Shown here: positions 29,509 to 38,397 of the stretch, one piece after another
How positions within the stretch are numbered: position 1 is the first letter of the stretch
Layout of the letters: every line of letters starts with the position of its first letter
Source of the DNA: an uncultured Gammaproteobacteria bacterium
GTDB taxonomy: Bacteria > Patescibacteriota > Microgenomatia > UBA1406 > HO2-37-13b
Assembly (NCBI GenBank): GCA_964422025.1
Contig: CAYQYZ010000001.1
Location: 277,181 to 341,180 of the forward strand
Length of the DNA: 64,000 bases
Direction: 5' to 3'
Position numbers and translations under genes: made by a program
Notes under the pieces: model-generated
The model's input: only the letters and a program-made list of their open reading frames with translations
The model's database searches: none
Told to the model about the DNA's origin: nothing

Positions 29509-31196
29509 ATTCTTTTATAAATTCTTATAACAGGGTGGTCAAAAACACTCCAGGTTTCATCATACTGTTCATCGGGAAATTCAATAAGCGTTTTTCCAAA
29601 CAGTTCTATTTTCGGATATGCGGTAAATCGCTTAATTTCAGAATATCCCAAAGCCCCAGAAGTAAGTTTATCATAATATTCGTTCGTAACGGGGAATAAG
29701 CGTTTTAACTGAGTACACCGCTTTTGGGAAAATCCACGATTTTTATTAGCGTCCTGTAAAGAGCAGGTAGCTGACCCTACAATTCTTCGAGAAGGAACAA
29801 TAATGTAATCAGATTGTTGCATTGCTTTCACCAATTCATCTTGAAGTGCTCTATCGTGATCTACTTGATAAAAATCAAAGTTCAAAACTTGTAGATTTGG
29901 AACAAGCTTGCCGTACCCTTTGGGGGGTACCGGAATATTAATAACATTTCCTGCTTCTGAAAAAACAAGCTCATCTGCAGAAATATTCTCATACATCCAT
30001 GTCGATGCTTGAAAACGAACATCTTGGTTTTGATAAATCGACACATATGCAATTCCATGTAGCGACAAAATTACAACAGTAACAATAAGTAGAGATTTTC
30101 TTATTGTTTTCTTTCCAATTTTCAAAAGGAGTTTGTTTAAAAAAAGTACTCCAAATATTCCAGCAATAGGCAATACTGGAGCCTCAAACCGTGTCCATTT
30201 AACAAATAAAAATGCCGAAGGAATGAGGTATAATAAAAACGCTCCTCGTAAAATTACCAATCGAATATCTCGCCAGTTTAAAAAGAAAAAACCAAGTAGA
30301 AAAAGTCCGAAAGTCCCAACTCCTAGTGCAACCGGGAATATATTTACTAACTGATATAAAACAGGAATACTAAACAAAAATTGGCGGGTATAAAATACAG
30401 GAATTGCCCCGGATGCGATTTTGGACTCATATGTAATAGTTGAAATGAAATCAGCTGTTGAAATAAGTATATGTGGCGAGGCTAGTAGGGTAAAGAGCAT
30501 TGAAACAAGAGCTAAAATAACCATGTTTTTGATAAAACTCAGTAAAAAAAGATGGGGTTTTTTTCTAGCTTTGAATTGCGTCCATGTCATGACTAAAATC
30601 GGCAAAGCTAAAAATGTTGCAGATGAAATTTTTGTTCCAATTGCCAGACCTGCCAGTACTCCAAGCGATAGGAGTGTGCGACCAGCAATCTCTTTATTCA
30701 CTCCTATTTGTAATGACAGATACAAAATCCCTAAGTACAGACTCGTTAGTAGCGATTCTGTTGTGCCAAAATGTGCAATTTGAATCGCGTATGGAGAAAA
30801 AACGAAAAGAAACATAATAATCAGAATCGATCCCTTGCCGATATATTCTGAAAAGAATTCTTTCAAGATCCGATAGATGATCCATATACTTGCCCATGAT
30901 GATAAAACTGAAATATAGCGGAGCGCTATCGTTGCAAATTCAAACGAAATAGTTTCCGTGAAAGCTCCTCGAAGTGCAATATTCGAAACCTGAATAAAAA
31001 AATATGCAAGATATAAAGGTAGTTGACCATAAGCAAAAAAATGTGGATTCAAATGTTCTGATAATTTCAGTGACTCCACAGCTACTGCCATATTACGTTC
31101 ATCGGGGTGCATAGGATAGGGGAGTCCCCACGAAATTCCTACCAATCGAGTATAAAATGCCGCACAAACTAAAGCCACGATAACCATTCGTTTCAT
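29505..31196 (-). CDS. GT-C fold (family 39 / ArnT-PMT-like) polytopic glycosyltransferase
   Basis: More than 10 predicted TM segments. The first loop carries 'HPDERNMAV', a DE motif. It overlaps the lepA start by 4 bp. Confidence 0.8.
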   Translation of the reverse strand: MKRMVIVALVCAAFYTRLVGISWGLPYPMHPDERNMAVAVESLKLSEHLNPHFFAYGQLPLYLAYFFIQVSNIALRGAFTETISFEFATIALRYISVLSSWASIWIIYRILKEFFSEYIGKGSILIIMFLFVFSPYAIQIAHFGTTESLLTSLYLGILYLSLQIGVNKEIAGRTLLSLGVLAGLAIGTKISSATFLALPILVMTWTQFKARKKPHLFLLSFIKNMVILALVSMLFTLLASPHILISTADFISTITYESKIASGAIPVFYTRQFLFSIPVLYQLVNIFPVALGVGTFGLFLLGFFFLNWRDIRLVILRGAFLLYLIPSAFLFVKWTRFEAPVLPIAGIFGVLFLNKLLLKIGKKTIRKSLLIVTVVILSLHGIAYVSIYQNQDVRFQASTWMYENISADELVFSEAGNVINIPVPPKGYGKLVPNLQVLNFDFYQVDHDRALQDELVKAMQQSDYIIVPSRRIVGSATCSLQDANKNRGFSQKRCTQLKRLFPVTNEYYDKLTSGALGYSEIKRFTAYPKIELFGKTLIEFPDEQYDETWSVFDHPVIRIYKRI

Positions 31197-31236
31197 AATC
31201 TCATTATATATCCTCGTAAGTCTATATAATAGAGTT

Positions 31237-32496
31237 ATGCGTAAGAAAATTTCTGCACTGCTCAGAAACGAATTTATTCAAGGTGGCATTATCGTTACCG
31301 GGGCATCCATGGTGGTCAATGTAATTAACTACTTGTTCCAAAGCGCTGTGGCACATTCATTAGGTCCTGCGGGTTTGGGAGAGATCGCCGCTCTCTTTTC
31401 GTACACGAGTATTGCATCAGTTCCAATGGTTGTTTTAAGCATGTTAGTTATCCAGAAAGTTGGATCAGCACAAGGAGACAAGTATATTAAAGCAGCGCAG
31501 ATCGAACAGTTTTTTCTGTTACAACTTAAAAGATTGTTTCCATTTCTGATAATCTCCTTTGTTTTAATTCCAATTATTCCTCGTATTACAAACTTATCCG
31601 TAACAACATCGGTAATAATAATTCCATATATATTTTTGACGCTTATTACATTACTGTACTCCGCACTATTACAGAGCGTAAAACTGTTTACAATCTATTC
31701 AGTGATTGGTGTTGTGGGAGTTATCGTGAAACTCTTAGGCGTATTAACTGTTCCATTTTTTACCATTAAACTACTCGGAGTTTTTATTTTTTTACTTTTG
31801 TCATTACTCATTACTTTTTACCTTTCGCGACTTTATTTATACAAGAATGTAGAATTAATTTCTCAAAAAAGTGAAATTCTTAGCAAAAAAATCCGAACCA
31901 TACTTTTATCTCGAGAGTTTTTAATTACATTATTTTCACTCCTTGCAATCACTGCTTTCAATAATATTGACATTATTTTTGTTAAGAAATTTTTCACGTA
32001 CGCTGATGCGGGACTATATGCATCGTGGTCATTGTTTGCAAAAATTATTCTCTATATCCTTACCCCACTAATATCAGTATCTTTCGTATTCTTTTCAAAT
32101 CGCCAAGAAGAAAAAGCACAAAGGAAAACAATGAGTGGATTTATTATACTTATGACTCTTGTTTCTACATCAAGCTACGTAGTATATTCTTACGCTGGAC
32201 ATTTTATAATTCCGCTTTTTTTTGGAGATAGATTTTTGCCAGTAGTACCATTTTTAGGGAGCGCAAGTTTGTTTGGATCACTATATGCGACAATTTTTTT
32301 TATAAACAATTATTTTTTGGCCAAAATGAGTAAAATAGCATTGCTTTTACCAGGCGCGATTCCGGTATATATAGGTTTACTATTTTTCTTCCGTAATGCA
32401 ATTGGATCTATCTTTTTGTTGAATGTATATTTCGCAGCAGGTCTTACAATCCTATACGTTATTTCATACCTATACTCAATTAAGCACGAAGCTTGA
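31237..32496 (+). CDS. MOP/Wzx-type polysaccharide flippase-like membrane protein
   Basis: 419-aa polytopic protein in the glycan cluster. Leaderless geometry: TATAAT (31225-31230), 6 nt, ATG. Confidence 0.7.
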   Translation: MRKKISALLRNEFIQGGIIVTGASMVVNVINYLFQSAVAHSLGPAGLGEIAALFSYTSIASVPMVVLSMLVIQKVGSAQGDKYIKAAQIEQFFLLQLKRLFPFLIISFVLIPIIPRITNLSVTTSVIIIPYIFLTLITLLYSALLQSVKLFTIYSVIGVVGVIVKLLGVLTVPFFTIKLLGVFIFLLLSLLITFYLSRLYLYKNVELISQKSEILSKKIRTILLSREFLITLFSLLAITAFNNIDIIFVKKFFTYADAGLYASWSLFAKIILYILTPLISVSFVFFSNRQEEKAQRKTMSGFIILMTLVSTSSYVVYSYAGHFIIPLFFGDRFLPVVPFLGSASLFGSLYATIFFINNYFLAKMSKIALLLPGAIPVYIGLLFFFRNAIGSIFLLNVYFAAGLTILYVISYLYSIKHEA

Positions 32497-32890
32497 TTGT
32501 TTTTGTGATCGAAGTCCCATCTTGAAAGGTTATTATAACTGTAAGTACTGCATTCTTGAGTTTTTTATGATATCGACACACTTTATTCGAGCAGGTTCCA
32601 AAGAGTAATTTTCTACTTAAGCTAAATTTTCCTTTTGTGTTAATCGTTCCACCAGCTCCTTCTTGCTTGCCGTCAGTCATATAACTAAGTTGATACTGAA
32701 CATTTTTTGTTTTTTGTAAATTCGCTAAATACAATGTAACAGACTGCTTATTAGGTGCAACAGATGAACTCACGACTACATTTGCCTTTTTAGGTGCTTT
32801 TTTTGCGGCATACACGTCCGCATGAGATGAAAGAGTGAATACGGCTAAAGCGAGAGCAAGAACGGTTACGAGCGATTTTTGGATAAGCAT
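32480..32890 (-). CDS. small secreted hypothetical protein
   Basis: N-terminal signal peptide 'MLIQKSLVTVLALALAVFTLSSHADVYA'. No family recognised. Its 3' end overlaps the convergent gene by 17 bp. Confidence 0.65.
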   Translation of the reverse strand: MLIQKSLVTVLALALAVFTLSSHADVYAAKKAPKKANVVVSSSVAPNKQSVTLYLANLQKTKNVQYQLSYMTDGKQEGAGGTINTKGKFSLSRKLLFGTCSNKVCRYHKKLKNAVLTVIITFQDGTSITKTIKLRA

Positions 32891-32936
32891 ACTTTACTGT
32901 ATCAGTATTAGTTTGTAATGTAAAGTATTTTCTAAC

Positions 32937-33060
32937 GAGGCTGCGGAGCGAGATACCTGATTCGAGACCAGTTGAGGACGCTACTTTGATTGTTTCTAAA
33001 ATTGAGGCGGGCTCACTCTGGTTGAGAAGCAGCGTATCTCGCGGCGCATGTAGAGCCTAT
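32937..33060. other. GC-rich structured intergenic element (candidate ncRNA or regulator-binding region)
   Basis: Long-range complementarity: 32948-32956 with 33034-33042 (9 bp), 32938-32942 with 33054-33058, and 32967-32971 with 33018-33022. TTGAG(G/A) occurs three times. The element lies between two divergent, apparently leaderless genes. Confidence 0.3.
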
Positions 33061-33109
33061 CAGCAACATACACATAGATTTTTACACAATTTATGTATAA
33101 AATACTCGC

Positions 33110-33877
33110 ATGGACTCCAAAAAAAATACTCACTTTTTAAGCCTCATTGTTCCGGTTTATCGCCAAGAAAAGACTATTGTTGCGAATCTAAAAGAAATCT
33201 CACGCGTACTTGAAGAAATTCGATACGATCATGAAATAATTGCCGTCATTGATGGGCTAGTTGATGACGCATACAAAAAAATAAAAGCAGCACATATTCC
33301 TAAGGTAAAAACAATTGCTTACAAAAAGAATCAGGGAAAAGCATGGGCGCTTCGCTTAGGCCTTGCAAACGCGAAAGGAGATTATGCCATGTTTATCGAT
33401 TCAGGGCTTGAAATTGACCCAAACGGTATTTCAATGCTTTTGGAACACATGGAATGGTACAACGCCGATGTTATCGTTGGCTCAAAACGCCACGCGGCTT
33501 CGCAAGTACATTACCCTTTAAACCGACGTATTCTAAGTTATGGATATTACTTATTAGTCAAAAGTTTATTTGGAGTAAAAGTACAAGATACACAAGCGGG
33601 CATTAAAATTTTCAGAAAACCAGTTTTGGAAAAAATACTTCCTCGTTTACTTGAGAAAAAGTTTGCAGGCGACTTGGAAATGCTTATAGCAGCTCGTAGT
33701 ATGGGCTTTACTCGTATTTTTGAGGCTCCTATAAAAATGGACTACTCCATAAGCCCTCTTACATCAGCCGCGACCATGCATTCCGTTATTGGTATTTTCA
33801 TCGATACGCTAGCTCTTTTTTACCGCGCTCATATTTTGCGCTATTACAGTCCAAAAAGGAGTAAAGTTGTTGTATGA
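33110..33877 (+). CDS. family 2 glycosyltransferase
   Basis: 'LSLIVPVYRQEKTI', 'IAVIDGLVDDA' and 'FIDSGLE' form the GT-A DxD-type pattern. Confidence 0.9.
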   Translation: MDSKKNTHFLSLIVPVYRQEKTIVANLKEISRVLEEIRYDHEIIAVIDGLVDDAYKKIKAAHIPKVKTIAYKKNQGKAWALRLGLANAKGDYAMFIDSGLEIDPNGISMLLEHMEWYNADVIVGSKRHAASQVHYPLNRRILSYGYYLLVKSLFGVKVQDTQAGIKIFRKPVLEKILPRLLEKKFAGDLEMLIAARSMGFTRIFEAPIKMDYSISPLTSAATMHSVIGIFIDTLALFYRAHILRYYSPKRSKVVV

Positions 33878-34908
33878 AACAGCCGTTCGTTTCCGTTATT
33901 ATCCCGCTCCTAAAACTCTCTGAAACGTTGCTTGAAGAGAATCTGCCCGCATTTGAGCACCAAACATTCAAACATTTCGAGGTTATTGTTTTACCTAATG
34001 AATCGTCTGATCTAGATAAAGCCTTATTGAAAAAATACAAATTCTTAAAGATAATTCCCACCAAAAAAGTAACTCGCCCAGCGCTCAAACGCGACATAGG
34101 CGCAAAAAATGCACAAGGGGATATTCTTGCATTTATTGATGATGATGCACATCCGCAAAACGGCTGGCTCAAAAATGCAGTACATGTTTTCAATAAAAAA
34201 AACGTTGCCGCAGTGTGCGGACCGGGAATTATTCCAAAATATGCACGCCTTTGGGAAAGAGTGTTTGATGAAGTCCTTAAAACAAAAGTAGGAAGTGGGG
34301 GATTCGCGTATCGCTTCATCAAACAACCCGCACGATACGTAGACGATTATCCTTCCATGAATTTTCTTATAAAAAAAGATGTCTTTACCTCCCTGGGCGG
34401 CTTTAACAACGAATTCTGGCCTGGTGAAGACAGTAAACTGTGCGAAGACATCGTATATAAACTCAATGAAAAAATTTATTACGATCCAATAGTAACCATT
34501 TATCATCATCGCCGAAACGATTTGACAGGCTATTTACGTCAGCACGGCAATTACGGATTCCATCGAGGTGCCTTTCTTGCCCATGGCGACAAAAACTCAC
34601 GACGTATTACGTATCTCGTTCCCACATTTTTCTTAGTGTATCTATTTTTTCTTTCAGCTCTTGGAGCATTCACTATCTTACAAGGATCCTCACTCTCGAT
34701 TTTTATATATATCGTTGCAATTCCCGCAATTCTTTACGCGTTTCTTTTGTTAATATTAGCAAGAAGTTCTTACAAAAACACAAACAGCTTGAAAATATCG
34801 ATTCTATCAGCTATAGTCTTATTCTTAACACACGTAATATACGGCGTTCGATTTATAAAAGGATTTTATGCGGGCTCAACAAAAAAAGAAAAAATCTATG
34901 GCAACTGA
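33874..34908 (+). CDS. family 2 glycosyltransferase with C-terminal TM segments
   Basis: 'VSVIIPL', 'FIDDDAHP' and 'GEDSKLC', followed by a hydrophobic C-terminal region. Confidence 0.9.
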   Translation: MKQPFVSVIIPLLKLSETLLEENLPAFEHQTFKHFEVIVLPNESSDLDKALLKKYKFLKIIPTKKVTRPALKRDIGAKNAQGDILAFIDDDAHPQNGWLKNAVHVFNKKNVAAVCGPGIIPKYARLWERVFDEVLKTKVGSGGFAYRFIKQPARYVDDYPSMNFLIKKDVFTSLGGFNNEFWPGEDSKLCEDIVYKLNEKIYYDPIVTIYHHRRNDLTGYLRQHGNYGFHRGAFLAHGDKNSRRITYLVPTFFLVYLFFLSALGAFTILQGSSLSIFIYIVAIPAILYAFLLLILARSSYKNTNSLKISILSAIVLFLTHVIYGVRFIKGFYAGSTKKEKIYGN

Positions 34909-35143
34909 TGTACAAGTAATAAAACGAGGAGACGTTGAAATTCGAGTTACCCGACCAACATGCATTTCTGCTGCAACATGTGTCGTATACGCTCCTAATA
35001 CATTTGACCTTGATGAAGAAAATATTGCCATTATCAAAGAAGGGGAATGGGACAAAATAGAAAAGATAATTGCGGCCGCGCAGTCGTGCCCAGTTTTGGC
35101 AATTGAGATACTGCAAAAAGGAAAGAAAATTTATCCAAAGTAA
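34898..35143 (+). CDS. small ferredoxin-like protein (3-Cys)
   Basis: 'CISAATC ... SCP' follows the pattern of single-cluster ferredoxins. Start set to ATG 34898 (MATDVQV). It lies directly upstream of the radical SAM gene. Confidence 0.65.
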   Translation: MATDVQVIKRGDVEIRVTRPTCISAATCVVYAPNTFDLDEENIAIIKEGEWDKIEKIIAAAQSCPVLAIEILQKGKKIYPK

Positions 35144-35149
35144 TTGGCC

Positions 35150-35178
35150 TTGACATCACATGGCCATCATGACATACT
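35150..35178 (+). promoter_or_regulatory. promoter of radical SAM gene
   Basis: TTGACA (35150-35155), 17 nt, CATACT (35173-35178), 7 nt, ATG 35186. Confidence 0.5.
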
Positions 35179-35185
35179 TAACTAT

Positions 35186-36913
35186 ATGCCTCCCAAAGCC
35201 ATAAAGATGCCAATTTTGACTAAAACTACCAATACACGAGGTGTCAAAATAAAAAAACTCAAGGATATTGTAGCTATTGTCGGGTATCCTCCAATTGAAT
35301 CGAAAAAGGGAACACCGCTCCTTTCTCAGAATCGACAATTTCAATATTTTAATGCGCCAACATACATTTACCCTATGCTCCCTGCGTACACTGCATCAAA
35401 TCTAAAAAAACACGGATATAAAGTGTATTGGATGGACGGTATTTCGGAACGAAAAAAGTACGATGCGTGGATGGATGAGCTTGCAGCTTCGGGCGCCGAC
35501 TATTTAATGGTGGAAACAAAATCACCAATCGTAAAAACCCACTGGAAACAGATAAATGATATTAAAAAACGACTTCCTTTCTTAAAACTCGTCTGGGTAG
35601 GTGACCATATTACCGCTTTTCCGATTGAAACCATGGAAAATAGCAACGTCGATTATCTTATCACCGGCGGTGACTACGATTTTGTCATGGTGAATTTGCT
35701 TAACCACATTTATTTGGGCGAGAAATTGGAACCGGGCATATATTGGCGACAAGGAGACAAAGACATTAAGGCTCGGGCAAAAGTTAAAACACACTTAAAA
35801 AATGGGGGAATAGCCTGCACACTCGGTGGGGCTGTTATTCGCCACTCACTGGACGAGTTGCCATTTGTTGATAGAACCCTTACCAAATGGGAGCTGTATG
35901 CCTACGAAAATGGAAATTACAAATACACTCCCGCCACGTACATGTATTCCGGACGCGATTGCTGGTGGAACCGATGCACATTCTGCGTGTGGGATCACAC
36001 ATTAAATCCAATTGGCTCATATAGAAGCTTTTCACCCGAACGACTATTTGCCGAAGTTAAGCATGTAGTTGATAAATATGGAGTAAAAGAAATTTTTGAT
36101 GACGCGGGTACACTTTTTATCGGCCCTCGACTCAAAAAATTCTGCGATTTAATGATAAAAAGCGGTTACAACAAAAAAGTTCGCTATGGCTGTAACATGC
36201 GATTCAATGCGGTTAATCAAGAGTACTACGATCTTATGGGTAAAGCAGGTTTCCGATTTATTTTGTACGGAATGGAATCAGGAAACCAAAAAACGCTTGA
36301 CCGACTCGATAAAGGAACTAAAGAAGCTGATGCCATTGTCGGTCCTATGATGGCTCGCAAAGCTGGTTTGGACCCGCACATTACTATCATGTTGGGGTAT
36401 CCATGGGAATCGTACAAGGACGCAAAGCGAACTATTGAAATTGCAAAATACGCATTTAAGAAAGGCTATTACGAAACAATGCAAGCGACTATCGTAATTC
36501 CATACCCCGCAACGCCATTATGGAAAGAATGTAAAGAAAATGATTGGCTATTAACCGAAGATTACGATGATTATGACATGCGCCAACCCGTTATGAAGAT
36601 TCCATTCGCTCATAAAAAGATCCTCGAACTTGAACAAGACCTTTATTCAGCTTTTATGACACCACAATATATTACACGAAAGATCTTGAGTATTCGAAGC
36701 CCCCACGATTTTATGTACCTCTTCTATATGGGAAAAAAACTCATCGGACACTTACTTGACTTTGATCCAAATCAAACAAAAGTTAGCTATATTTCCCCAA
36801 GATTCTGGAAAAATGCAGTTGGAAAATTAGGCGGCCACTTCTTTGCTCCAAAAACATCCGTCGATGCCGAAAAAAGCGCTATTCGATTAGTAGATTCTGC
36901 AGTGAATATTTAA
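35186..36913 (+). CDS. B12-binding-domain radical SAM protein
   Basis: The N-terminal region looks like a cobalamin-binding domain. Cys triad 'CWWNRCTFC' (35960-35986). 'GMESGNQ' and 'MLGYPWE' resemble radical SAM barrel blocks. Start chosen at ATG 35186; the track start is 35144. Confidence 0.8.
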   Translation: MPPKAIKMPILTKTTNTRGVKIKKLKDIVAIVGYPPIESKKGTPLLSQNRQFQYFNAPTYIYPMLPAYTASNLKKHGYKVYWMDGISERKKYDAWMDELAASGADYLMVETKSPIVKTHWKQINDIKKRLPFLKLVWVGDHITAFPIETMENSNVDYLITGGDYDFVMVNLLNHIYLGEKLEPGIYWRQGDKDIKARAKVKTHLKNGGIACTLGGAVIRHSLDELPFVDRTLTKWELYAYENGNYKYTPATYMYSGRDCWWNRCTFCVWDHTLNPIGSYRSFSPERLFAEVKHVVDKYGVKEIFDDAGTLFIGPRLKKFCDLMIKSGYNKKVRYGCNMRFNAVNQEYYDLMGKAGFRFILYGMESGNQKTLDRLDKGTKEADAIVGPMMARKAGLDPHITIMLGYPWESYKDAKRTIEIAKYAFKKGYYETMQATIVIPYPATPLWKECKENDWLLTEDYDDYDMRQPVMKIPFAHKKILELEQDLYSAFMTPQYITRKILSIRSPHDFMYLFYMGKKLIGHLLDFDPNQTKVSYISPRFWKNAVGKLGGHFFAPKTSVDAEKSAIRLVDSAVNI

Positions 36914-36969
36914 GAGGAAAATACTATTCCCATTTAAAGACTTGCTCCAATTATACTTAATGAAGCTCT

Positions 36970-37488
36970 ATGAACACAGAAACACTAATAGATTTTCTTC
37001 TGCATGTATTATTCTCGAGTTTTACTTTCTATAGTATTTATAGAAAATGGGGACAGTACGCCAGCGCACTGTTGGGAGCAATTATTGGAGGAATACTAAT
37101 AGATAGCGATCATTTGATTGATTATTTTTTTGCGTATGGAACTCACTTCAATTTTACTACATTTATCAATGGACATGAATTTTTAGTATCAAACAAAATA
37201 CACATAGTATTTCATGCTTGGGAATATGTAATCGGAATTATATTGATAGTATTATTTCTTGATAAAAAAAGGGTGGGTATACGTGTTTTTCTACTTGCAT
37301 TAGCAACAAGCATGCTTTTTCATCTCATGATTGACACAGTCTTGCATAAGAATCATATTAAAATGTATTCAGTAGTATATCGAGCATCAGTAAACTTTGA
37401 CCTTGATAGACTATCTACGCCTGAGCAAATAGTACGTCAAAATGAGCTGCGAAAACAATTTAAATTAGAAAAACACGGTAAGTACTAA
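36970..37488 (+). CDS. small polytopic membrane protein (possibly YdjM/DUF457-like metal-dependent hydrolase)
   Basis: 4-5 hydrophobic segments, plus 'DSDHLIDY' and 'HAWEY' His/Asp clusters. The family call is tentative. Confidence 0.6.
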   Translation: MNTETLIDFLLHVLFSSFTFYSIYRKWGQYASALLGAIIGGILIDSDHLIDYFFAYGTHFNFTTFINGHEFLVSNKIHIVFHAWEYVIGIILIVLFLDKKRVGIRVFLLALATSMLFHLMIDTVLHKNHIKMYSVVYRASVNFDLDRLSTPEQIVRQNELRKQFKLEKHGKY

Positions 37489-38342
37489 TCAAGTTGTTTA
37501 ATTGCCTCTACAATATCTCCTAAATATTTACTACCCGACGGTACTAGTCCAAGAGTCGGAAGATACGTAGACAATGGCGCTATCACTTCAACCCGGATAG
37601 AACCGGCTCCGGTTTCACGGGCTGCACGTACTGTATCTGCCAGAATTCCTCTTCCAGCTAGTAATTCAGCAATTTCTGTTTTACTTTCTGAAGGAAGATC
37701 AACTCCTGCTAACATGCCCGATAAACGAGGAATTTCGTCAACACCCTGACGCATTCTCACCACTGGTGCATTGGGATAGCTGATGGCAGCAGATTCAATC
37801 GGTCTTTTTGGATCATGCCACAACTTAATATCATTATCTTGGGCGCGAGCAACAACTTCATCAAGTGTCATTACATGAGGACGAAAATCACTCTGATCAT
37901 GAACATGTGTTCTTCCGGGAAATCTTCCCTGAGATACATCTTCTAAATGAGCAGCTACAAAAAATGCAGCCGGGTTAAGTTCTAATAATCGAGAGATAAT
38001 CGTTTCTGACGTTATTCTACTTGGAAAAAAAATAGTGTCTTGTAATATAGGAGGCTCACTTTTATCTCCGGCGACTCTTCTAACATGTCCCCATGCACCT
38101 TGCATTGTTGCTAAAACAATATTGTCATAATTACCAGGATTCCATTCTTCTACTATTTTTACTTCAGGAAAATAACACTCATAACGACCAACAATGTCTT
38201 GAAGTCTATACGGAAGAGCGGACACACCATCGAATTGGGCATCACTTAGCTGGGCTCCAAGCTTATTAAATGTAAACCTTGTCAGAGGAGCAAGCTTAGC
38301 GTGAGAGACATTATAGATAACACTAGGGTTTTCTTTTGTCAT
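37485..38342 (-). CDS. hypothetical protein (285 aa)
   Basis: Clean ORF with no competing frame, soluble composition. No motif recognised. Confidence 0.7.
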   Translation of the reverse strand: MTKENPSVIYNVSHAKLAPLTRFTFNKLGAQLSDAQFDGVSALPYRLQDIVGRYECYFPEVKIVEEWNPGNYDNIVLATMQGAWGHVRRVAGDKSEPPILQDTIFFPSRITSETIISRLLELNPAAFFVAAHLEDVSQGRFPGRTHVHDQSDFRPHVMTLDEVVARAQDNDIKLWHDPKRPIESAAISYPNAPVVRMRQGVDEIPRLSGMLAGVDLPSESKTEIAELLAGRGILADTVRAARETGAGSIRVEVIAPLSTYLPTLGLVPSGSKYLGDIVEAIKQLD

Positions 38343-38397
38343 AACTTATAGCAATTATTATACTACAAGCTCTCTCTATTAGCTCAACATAATAAGG

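Noticed and set aside
32937-33060. SRP (4.5S) RNA or a tRNA-like gene in the GC-rich spacer. The motifs ACCAG..GAGG and GAAGCAGC recall SRP helix 8, and TTCGAGA recalls a T-loop.
   Set aside because: The two SRP-like motifs are about 45 nt apart, with no GNRA tetraloop hairpin between them. The T-loop-like segment has only a 3-bp stem, and no acceptor, D or anticodon arms can be drawn. I kept it only as an unclassified structured element.
32986-33213. 75-aa plus-strand ORF spanning the GC-rich spacer and running into the GT2 gene in another frame.
   Set aside because: It has no promoter or start context and overlaps the better-supported GT2 start at 33110. Its length is probably a side effect of the GC-rich structured element.
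33798-34509. Minus-strand ORFs of 174 aa (33798-34322) and 154 aa (34045-34509).
   Set aside because: Both are antisense to the two GT2 genes, which have clear motifs. They have no promoter or start context and are treated as shadow ORFs.
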